From: Chthonomonadales bacterium
Lineage (GTDB): Bacteria; Armatimonadota; Chthonomonadetes; Chthonomonadales; CAJBBX01
Assembly (NCBI GenBank): GCA_037443035.1
Contig: JBBIPC010000002.1
Span: forward strand, 96,001-160,000
Direction: 5' to 3'
DNA: 64,000 nt
The notes beneath the pieces are model-generated. The model searched no databases. It had not been told where the DNA came from and saw nothing but the letters and a program-made list of their open reading frames with translations. Of this stretch, positions 49,027-56,048 are shown in pieces; the first letter of the stretch is position 1; each line of letters begins with the position of its first letter. The translations under genes and the position numbers were made by a program.

Positions 49027-50241
49027 CTAGGGCGCCAGCCGCTTGACGACTTGCGATTGAAGCGCCTCCTCCAGCATGGCGAGCATGGCCATCAGAATCG
49101 CGTCGTTCGGTTTTCGCACGAGCTGGTTCCTCAGGTCGCGGATCGCCGCGCGCAAGTCGGACCGATCGCCTGTTCTGAGCGCTGCGGCATATGCCTCCTC
49201 GGCTCGCTGCCGATCCCCCTTGACCGCAAGCAACAACCCGAGATTGTAACGCACGTAAGCAAGACCCGAATCGAGTTGGATGGCCTTTTCGGTGCTCTTC
49301 AGGGCTTCTTCAAGCTCCCCTGACAGAAACTGGAACCATCCCAGGTTTCCCCAGACCACGGCATTGTTAGGCTGGAGAGTTAGCAGGTGGCGGCACTCCT
49401 GTTGAGCTTCCGCGTGCCGCCCCAAGCCGTCCAGCGTGGCTGCCCAGGCCAGACGCGCATCTACGTTGTCCTGGTAACGCTCCACTAGAACCTTGCAGCG
49501 GCTCTCCGCCTCTGCATAGCGGTGAGCAGCTAGAAGCGCGTTCACTACTGCCACCTTGACCTCGACGGAGGAGGGATCGAGGCGCTCAGCCGCCGCATAA
49601 CACTCCAGCGCCGCATCCCAGCGCTCCATGGCCTCGTGGATTGCTCCCAGCTCCAGATACACGGAAGGGTCTTCGGGTGCCCTACCGAGGGCTTGCACGG
49701 CTTCCCTCCGCGCGTCCACTAGCCAACCGAGCTGGCGATACGCCGCTGATAGATGCAGACGGTAGCGGGCGTTTCCTGGCTCCAGGCTTACGGCCTCCTG
49801 CAGTTCTCTCATTCCGGCTACCCGGTCTCCGCTCCGCTGCAAGACGTCTGCCAATCCTGCCCGGAATGCCGCAGATCGAGGGTTGAGAGCGATTGCCTGG
49901 CGATAGGCTCCAATGCCGCCGGCTAGATCTCCGCGCGCTGTGAGTGCTTGGGCCAGCCCGACGTAGGCGCCGATTTCCTTTGCATTTGCACGAATCAGCT
50001 CGCGGAAGATGGCCTCTGCACCCTGGATGTCGCCTGCCGCGAGAAGCGTATACGCCTGCTTCAGGCGTGTCTCCGGATTCTGTGAAGACGCTGCATCCGA
50101 GTGGGCAGGCGCATCCTGCCACGCGGCACGAGCCTTGCTCGCCACCGAGAGGAAACCGGACGCAACGATAATACACACCGCGAAAACACCACGCCAGCTG
50201 ACACGGTGTCGATCTGTCGAGGAGTGTGGTCGCTGGCTCAA
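49027..50241 (-). CDS. Tetratricopeptide repeat protein with N-terminal signal or TM
   Basis: Multiple TPR units (AIALNP, AVSLEP, LDPSS, LQPNN, YNLG). Confidence 0.88.
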   Translation of the reverse strand: MSQRPHSSTDRHRVSWRGVFAVCIIVASGFLSVASKARAAWQDAPAHSDAASSQNPETRLKQAYTLLAAGDIQGAEAIFRELIRANAKEIGAYVGLAQALTARGDLAGGIGAYRQAIALNPRSAAFRAGLADVLQRSGDRVAGMRELQEAVSLEPGNARYRLHLSAAYRQLGWLVDARREAVQALGRAPEDPSVYLELGAIHEAMERWDAALECYAAAERLDPSSVEVKVAVVNALLAAHRYAEAESRCKVLVERYQDNVDARLAWAATLDGLGRHAEAQQECRHLLTLQPNNAVVWGNLGWFQFLSGELEEALKSTEKAIQLDSGLAYVRYNLGLLLAVKGDRQRAEEAYAAALRTGDRSDLRAAIRDLRNQLVRKPNDAILMAMLAMLEEALQSQVVKRLAP

Positions 50242-51236
50242 CGAGTGATCCCCCGCCTGCGGAAGCTATCGTACAGGGCTGCCAGCCAGATCACGCAGCC
50301 GATGATGATCACCTGGAAGTGAGGATGGATTCCTTTCAAGTCGCATCCATTCTGAATGACGGCCATGAGGAAGGCGCCAATCAAGGTCCCTGCCACACCG
50401 CCGGATCCGCCCGAGAGGCTCGTTCCGCCGATGACCGTGGCAGCGATCGCCTGCAGCTCGAGGCCAACCCCGGCAGTGGGCTGGCCGCCTCCAGTGCGTG
50501 CAACGTGGATTATGGCCGCGAAACCGGAGAGCAGACCGCACAGAGTGAACACACTGACTGTCATCCCCTGGAGGGAGACACCGGACAGTCGCGCTGCATC
50601 CGGGTTGCCTCCGGAGGCATATACATGACGCCCCCATGCAGAACGAGCGAGGAGCAAGTGCACTCCGATGGCTGCGACCACCATCAACAGGAGCGGCACG
50701 GGTATACCTTCCGAACCACCGAACTTCAGGACATGGCCCAGCGCGAATGTCTCGAAGCCCGGCGCCAGGCCACTGATGTTCGCATCCCGCGCCACCATGA
50801 GAGCTAACCCATTGGCGACACCCATCATGCCCAGAGTGGCGATGAAGGCCGGCATGCGGCCGTAGGCCGTCAGAAGCCCGCTGCCGAGGCCGCAAACAGT
50901 GCCGCCCGCAAGTGCAGCCGCTACGCCTGCCCAGCTCCCCATGCCATGGTCTACCATGGTCGAGGCCGCCAAGACGCTAGATAGGGCAAGCACGCGGCCA
51001 ACCGAGAGATCAATGTGACCAGCGATGATGACGACAGTCTCCGCGACTGCGAGGATGGCGACAACCGCGGTGGACTGGATGATCGTGTTCCAGTTGCCAC
51101 GCGTGCGGAACCCCTCCGGCCCCGCAACCACGGACATGACGGCAATGAGAATGAGCAGCGAGGAAAGCGGCGCGACGATTCCGCTGATGCGGGCCCAGCT
51201 GATCGCTGGAGCAGAGGATCGGTCTGAATCATCCAT
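50238..51236 (-). CDS. Monosaccharide ABC transporter permease (RbsC-like)
   Basis: IDLSVG, PAFIATLGM, GGNPDAARLSGV, ELQAIAATVIGGTSLSGG.G. Confidence 0.93.
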   Translation of the reverse strand: MDDSDRSSAPAISWARISGIVAPLSSLLILIAVMSVVAGPEGFRTRGNWNTIIQSTAVVAILAVAETVVIIAGHIDLSVGRVLALSSVLAASTMVDHGMGSWAGVAAALAGGTVCGLGSGLLTAYGRMPAFIATLGMMGVANGLALMVARDANISGLAPGFETFALGHVLKFGGSEGIPVPLLLMVVAAIGVHLLLARSAWGRHVYASGGNPDAARLSGVSLQGMTVSVFTLCGLLSGFAAIIHVARTGGGQPTAGVGLELQAIAATVIGGTSLSGGSGGVAGTLIGAFLMAVIQNGCDLKGIHPHFQVIIIGCVIWLAALYDSFRRRGITR

Positions 51237-51455
51237 TGGATAATGGCATCGTCATCGGCTGCAAGAAGTTGCGCTTACGGAAGGATTCTGGAGCGAACGA
51301 CCGTATAGCTTCCTGTTGCCATTGTACCGCAACGCCGTGTCTCGACCTTGAACCTGCGAGGAAGGCGCCGAGCGACTCCTGCGCGCCGGGCGAAGGCCGC
51401 GCTGCAGATGGAAATGGCGGAGAGGAGCCACGCGAGCACCGGGGGTCCGTATCCA

Positions 51456-51505
51456 GGAAATACGTATAAATACGTATTCCTTAGCGTGTAGATGGCTGTT
51501 ACCAT
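51456..51505 (+). promoter_or_regulatory. Putative regulator-binding site and extended -10 upstream of the eCIS locus
   Basis: GGAAATACGTATAAATACGTATTCC (direct repeat AAATACGTAT x2, near-palindromic) followed by TG-T-TACCAT at 51497-51505. Confidence 0.5.
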
Positions 51506-51687
51506 GCTGATGAGATGCACGAGACCTTCCAGGCGAGCGTGGTCTGCAGCGACTTCATGCTCGCGCGGGACATCGGGGACTGAGGGCCTGGGCGGCCCGG
51601 TCTGGTGGGATGGAAACTCTGCACAAGTGCTGAACAGCGGTCCCACCGCTGTGACCATCGTTCAGCGATCGAACGAATGAAGGGACG

Positions 51688-52971
51688 GTGCTGGTGATAC
51701 AGGACGTTGACGAGACATTGAAGCGGTTGCTTGCGACGGAGCTTGCCAAGCTGCCCGATACGCTTGTCTCGGACCCGCAACAGATCACCTTCGACTCACC
51801 GGCCACAGCCGAGGCGTCACAGCCAGATAAGTGCCGCCTGAACCTCTACTTGCACGACGTTCGCGAGAACCTCCAGTTGCGCGACCAATCGTGGGCGTTG
51901 GTGCGCAAGACGAACGAGGGCATAGCCGGTCGCAAGCGCCCACCCGTTCGTCTCGATCTGTCGTATCTTCTCACCGCCCACATGCCGCAGGACCCAGCAG
52001 CGGAGCACCGGGTCTTGGCGGACGCGCTGGGCATCCTCCTGCGGTTCCCTTACGCTCCTGAGAACTGCCTCGCAGGCTCCCTCGAAGGAAAGGGTCCCGA
52101 GGCAGTACTCATCAACGTGGTACAGCCTGATGATGTAGCGCACGGCGACGCTCACAACCTCTGGCGTGTGCTCGGAGGAAGCTTGCGACCGTCCGTGAGC
52201 ATCGTCGTCACAACCGAGTTCGATCCCTTCGAGACACGCTGGACGCGCGTGGTTCGCGAGGCAGTACTCGGGCTGGGCCAGGGGGTTCCGCCCCATGGAC
52301 CACGCCGACCTTTGGAGATGGGCGGTGTCAGGGTCAGCGCGGCCGGCGTCGTCACCACCGCCGACGGACAGAAGCCCGTGCCGGGCGCCACCGTCTCCGT
52401 AGAAGGACGTGACGAGCGTGCCACTTCGGACAGCCGAGGGTTCTGGTTCATCCTGGACCTGCCACCGGGCCCGAGGGTGCTTCGCGTCAAGAAGCGTGGC
52501 TATCATGAACAAGAGGTTCAGACGGTCTGTCCTCCCCCCGGTCGGCCGGACCAACTGGAACCCATTGTCGTGCGCCTCGAAGAGATGAGCGACGGTCAGC
52601 GCTCCGTGGAGGAACGCGTCTTGACCGAAGCCGCCCTGAACGCGCCGGATCTGGTCGAACTCGATAGGGTCTATACAGTGTCGCTCTCTGGTAGGCTCCG
52701 CTACCCGGACGGGCGACCTGCAGCGTACATCCCTCTCCGCATCGGTCGTCACCATACGACTAGCGATTCCGAGGGTGTCTACACGTTCCACGACCTCCCA
52801 CCTGGTGACCACATCCTTATCGCAGACGTGCCAGGGCGTGGGGAGATCACCGTCAAGACCGAAAACGGCGCTGGCATGCTTCAGCTCGCAGAGGCGGGCG
52901 AGACGAACAGCGCCACCCGAGACGCAAAGCCTGCTAGACGCACTAGGAAGGAGGTCGAGCCACCAGACTGA
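51688..52971 (+). CDS. eCIS Pvc16/DUF4255 cap (tail terminator-like) protein with two carboxypeptidase-regulatory-like beta domains
   Basis: LNLYLHDVREN, PPVRLDLSYLLTA, EHRVL, LWRVLGGSLRPS; then G.V...PVPGATV..SD.RG.....DLPPG twice; first gene before the sheath. Confidence 0.85.
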   Translation: MLVIQDVDETLKRLLATELAKLPDTLVSDPQQITFDSPATAEASQPDKCRLNLYLHDVRENLQLRDQSWALVRKTNEGIAGRKRPPVRLDLSYLLTAHMPQDPAAEHRVLADALGILLRFPYAPENCLAGSLEGKGPEAVLINVVQPDDVAHGDAHNLWRVLGGSLRPSVSIVVTTEFDPFETRWTRVVREAVLGLGQGVPPHGPRRPLEMGGVRVSAAGVVTTADGQKPVPGATVSVEGRDERATSDSRGFWFILDLPPGPRVLRVKKRGYHEQEVQTVCPPPGRPDQLEPIVVRLEEMSDGQRSVEERVLTEAALNAPDLVELDRVYTVSLSGRLRYPDGRPAAYIPLRIGRHHTTSDSEGVYTFHDLPPGDHILIADVPGRGEITVKTENGAGMLQLAEAGETNSATRDAKPARRTRKEVEPPD

Positions 52972-53065
52972 GATGTCCCGCAAGAGTGAAAGTCGCTGCA
53001 AGTAAGATCCGGGATGTGACCCGGCAACCGACCATGCAAATGAGACGAAGACCAAGGAGGTCGAA

Positions 53066-54931
53066 ATGCCTGAATACCTAGCACCAGGTGTGTTCGTAGA
53101 AGAGATCGAGAGCGGCTCCAAGCCCATCGAAGGCGTCGGCACCAACACGGCGGCCTTCATCGGCTACGCGAAGAGCGGCGAGTTCAACAAGCCCACGTTC
53201 ATCTCCAACTGGACCCAGTTCTGCCAGATCTTCGGCGAAGAAGAGAACATCATCGTGAAGGCCCTCTGCGACGAGCTGGGCATGCCTGCGGCAGAGCTTG
53301 TGGCGGCCAAGCGTGCGTCCCGGAAGAGCTGGATGGACTTCGCGATGGCGACCATCACAGCGGCCATTCGCGAGCGTCAGGCCTCAGGGAAGGCCGATCC
53401 ATCCAAGTGCAAGACATGGCCTGAGTTCGTCAAGAAGTATCAGATCCCCCAGGGCAGCCTGCCATACCTGGAGGGAAGCTACCTGGCCCATGCTGTGCGC
53501 GGCTACTATGACAACGGTGGCGGACGTGCTTATATCGTGCGTGTCGCCAGGCCGGATGACATCGCTGCGCTGACCTATGTGCCGGCGGGCGCTGGCGCCC
53601 AGGCTCAGCCGTCGGTGGCACAGGTGGCCGTCGGCGGAATCACGTTCAAGGCACTGAAACCCGGTCCCGAGGGCAACGATATCAAGGTCGAGGTCGAGGC
53701 AGCCGAGGGTGATGAGTTCCGGATCAAGATCACCCATGGCAGCGACACGGAGCAGTTCGGCTATGGTAAGGACAAGCCGCTCACCGTGCAGACGCTGGCC
53801 GATGCGCTGAAACGCTCCAAGCTAGTTCAGGCCGAAGTCACCGCGACTGCCACCAAGCCTGAGGCGAAGGTCTACACGCTGACCGGAGGCGCCGCGTTGG
53901 CCACCACTGGTCCGGGTACAGCGCTAACACCTGCCGGCTCGGCCGTATCCACCAGCCTTGCGAAGGTCTCGCCCAACGATTTTGTCGGTGACGAGGCACA
54001 GCGCACAGGCTTCAACGGTCTCGCAGTGGTGGAAGACATCAACTTCGTGGCGGTTCCCGACTTGATGGCGGGGGTCTTCACCAAGGTCGAGACCCCTGGC
54101 GGCGCCGTCGAGGAGGTGCTGACCATCACCGACCAGCGCAAGCAGGCCATTCTCGATGCTCAGTGCGCCTTGGTTGCCTACTGCGAACGCATGGGCGACC
54201 GGATGGCCATCCTCGATCCCCTTCCGGGCCTCACGCCGCAGGAGATGCGGGATACGACCAACAACACCGCGTATAACTGCGACCACGGCCAGGCAGCTAT
54301 CTACTACCCGTGGATCAAGATCGCCGATCCTACGCGGAAGGGAGCGCAGATGTTCTGTCCTCCTTCGGGACACGTCGCCGGTGTCTGGGCTCGCGTGGGT
54401 GTCGAGCGTGGCGTCCACAAGGCTCCTGCGAACGAGGCGCTGCTGGGCGCGGTGGATCTCGAGGTCAAGGTAACCAAGGGCGAGCAGGAGATCCTCAACC
54501 CCGACGGCATCAACGCCATCCGTGCGTTCCCCGGCACTGGTATCCGAATCTGGGGTGCCCGGACTCTCGCCACAGTTGGCAATCCGTCGTGGAAATACAT
54601 CAACGTCCGGCGTCTGTTCAACTACCTGGAGAAGTCCATGGAGCGCGGGCTGCAGTGGGTCGTCTTCGAACCCAACGACGAGGACCTCTGGGGCCGCGTG
54701 CGGCGCAATCTGTCGGCCTTCCTGTGGACCGAATGGAAAGAGGGCAAGCTGTTCGGATCCGTCCCAGAGGAGGCCTTCTACGTCAAGTGCGACGCTGAGA
54801 CCAACCCGCAGGAGATGATCGACCTGGGCAGGCTGTATGTGGAGATCGGCGTGAACCCGGTCAAGCCCGCCGAGTTCGTCATCATCCGCATCGGCCAGTG
54901 GTCCGGCGGCGGTTCTATCTCCGAGACGTAA
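53066..54931 (+). CDS. Contractile tail sheath protein (eCIS Afp2/3/4-like)
   Basis: MPEYLAPGVFVEE, YYPWI, PPSGHVAG, RGVHKAPANE, IWGARTL, YINVRR, VFEPN, PVKPAEFVIIRI; AAGGAGG RBS. Confidence 0.96.
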   Translation: MPEYLAPGVFVEEIESGSKPIEGVGTNTAAFIGYAKSGEFNKPTFISNWTQFCQIFGEEENIIVKALCDELGMPAAELVAAKRASRKSWMDFAMATITAAIRERQASGKADPSKCKTWPEFVKKYQIPQGSLPYLEGSYLAHAVRGYYDNGGGRAYIVRVARPDDIAALTYVPAGAGAQAQPSVAQVAVGGITFKALKPGPEGNDIKVEVEAAEGDEFRIKITHGSDTEQFGYGKDKPLTVQTLADALKRSKLVQAEVTATATKPEAKVYTLTGGAALATTGPGTALTPAGSAVSTSLAKVSPNDFVGDEAQRTGFNGLAVVEDINFVAVPDLMAGVFTKVETPGGAVEEVLTITDQRKQAILDAQCALVAYCERMGDRMAILDPLPGLTPQEMRDTTNNTAYNCDHGQAAIYYPWIKIADPTRKGAQMFCPPSGHVAGVWARVGVERGVHKAPANEALLGAVDLEVKVTKGEQEILNPDGINAIRAFPGTGIRIWGARTLATVGNPSWKYINVRRLFNYLEKSMERGLQWVVFEPNDEDLWGRVRRNLSAFLWTEWKEGKLFGSVPEEAFYVKCDAETNPQEMIDLGRLYVEIGVNPVKPAEFVIIRIGQWSGGGSISET

Positions 54932-54945
54932 GCAACCACACCTGA

Positions 54946-54980
54946 GGGCGGACGCCCCGAGCAGCCTGGAGTGTCCGCCC
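54946..54980 (+). other. Stable intergenic stem-loop between sheath and tube genes
   Basis: GGGCGGACGC...GTGTCCGCCC 10-bp stem (one G-U pair), no U tract. Confidence 0.55.
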
Positions 54981-55008
54981 CACTATCAAGAGGAAGGGAG
55001 ACAACACT

Positions 55009-55443
55009 ATGGCTGAAGTAGTCGGCGCCCTGCGATGGTACCTGGAGATTGACGGCATCACCGAGGGCATCTTCCGAGAGGTCACTGGCCTCGATTCGGA
55101 AACGGAGGTTATCGAGCATCGCGTCACTGGCAAGGGCGGAAACCTCGTCGTCCACAAGGTACCTGGCGCGCTCAAGTGGCCCAACATCGTGCTCCGTCGC
55201 GGCATTACCGATGACAAGCGGCTCCACGACTGGCGCAAACAGATCGAGAACGGCGGCATCGAAGCCAACCGCAAGAACGGCTCTGTGACGCTCTATGCTC
55301 CCGACGGCAAGGTCGTCTGCAAGTACACCTTCAAGAAGGCCTGGCCCTGCAAGTTCAAGGGACCAGCCCTAGATTCGACCAAGAACGAGATCGCCATCGA
55401 GGAGCTAGAGCTGGCACACGAAGGTCTCGAGCGACAGCAGTAA
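55009..55443 (+). CDS. Tail tube protein (T4 gp19-like, Afp1/5-like)
   Basis: FREVTGL..ETEVIE, PG..KW.NI.LRRG, RKNGS, AWP.K..GP.L....NEIAIE.LELAHEG. Confidence 0.95.
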   Translation: MAEVVGALRWYLEIDGITEGIFREVTGLDSETEVIEHRVTGKGGNLVVHKVPGALKWPNIVLRRGITDDKRLHDWRKQIENGGIEANRKNGSVTLYAPDGKVVCKYTFKKAWPCKFKGPALDSTKNEIAIEELELAHEGLERQQ

Positions 55444-55461
55444 GCAACAAGAGGATAGCGC

Positions 55462-55815
55462 ATGAACAAGCCTACCAAGAGCGGTCTTCAGACGGAGTTC
55501 GACTTCGTCCTGCCACGCGGATACATTGACCAGAACGGCACTCTGCACCGCGAGGGACGTATGCGCCTAGCGACAGCCATGGACGAGATCGCTCCGCTGA
55601 GAGACCCTCGCGTCAGAGCCAATCAGGCCTACCTGGTTATCATCCTCCTGGCCAGGGTGATCACGAAACTCGGCACTGTCGAGGTCATAGACACGGGTGT
55701 CATCGAGAACCTCTTCTCGGCAGACCTTGCTTACCTGCAGGACTTCTACCGGAAGATCAATGACTTGACGCCCGAGGAGACCGCGGAAGAGGAGGCTGAA
55801 CCGGCGGGGGAATAG
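55462..55815 (+). CDS. Tail assembly chaperone-like protein (gpG-equivalent position)
   Basis: LQTEFDFVLPRGY.D..GTLHREG.MRLATA.DEI.PL.DPRV..N.AYL..ILLARVI, typical of the small gene after the tube in eCIS loci. Confidence 0.8.
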   Translation: MNKPTKSGLQTEFDFVLPRGYIDQNGTLHREGRMRLATAMDEIAPLRDPRVRANQAYLVIILLARVITKLGTVEVIDTGVIENLFSADLAYLQDFYRKINDLTPEETAEEEAEPAGE

Positions 55816-55973
55816 CCCGCTACCCCTCGAGCGCGCTCTACGAGGAGGTAGCCTACATCGCCTATCACTTCCACTGGTCGTTGGAGGAGATCCTGAGCCT
55901 GGAACACCGAGAACGGCACAGGTGGGTGGAAGAGATAAGCAAGATCAACCAGCGACTGACCGGGGGCGACTGA
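55800..55973 (+). CDS. DUF6760-like ORF without its own start codon (gpT-equivalent; probably reached by -1 frameshift)
   Basis: Not in the ORF track. The -1 frame reads ..GGIARYPSSALYEEVAYIAYHFHWSLEEILSLEHRERHRWVEEISKINQRLTGGD*, bounded upstream by TGA at 55797-55799, with no ATG/GTG/TTG before the conserved motif. Confidence 0.8.
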   Translation, partial: TGGGIARYPSSALYEEVAYIAYHFHWSLEEILSLEHRERHRWVEEISKINQRLTGGD

Positions 55974-56048
55974 CAGCGCAAGACATCATAGCGCCTAGGC
56001 GCCCCCGCGACCTTGTACGACCGTAGACTGCGACAAGCAACTTCCGAG

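Noticed and set aside
51275..51680. Short ORFs in the permease-eCIS intergenic region
   Set aside because: No RBS or motif support; the region looks regulatory.
51817..53160. 447-aa minus-strand ORF
   Set aside because: Antisense shadow of the Pvc16 and sheath genes.
55812..55814. ATA as an independent start for the DUF6760-like ORF
   Set aside because: Rare start codon, and the nearest GGAGG is 16 nt away, too far for initiation but suitable for frameshift stimulation; not fully excluded.
53066..55815. Prophage (myovirus) tail module
   Set aside because: No head, terminase, integrase or lysis genes upstream; DUF4255, DUF6760-like and DUF4157 genes point to eCIS. The downstream part is not visible.
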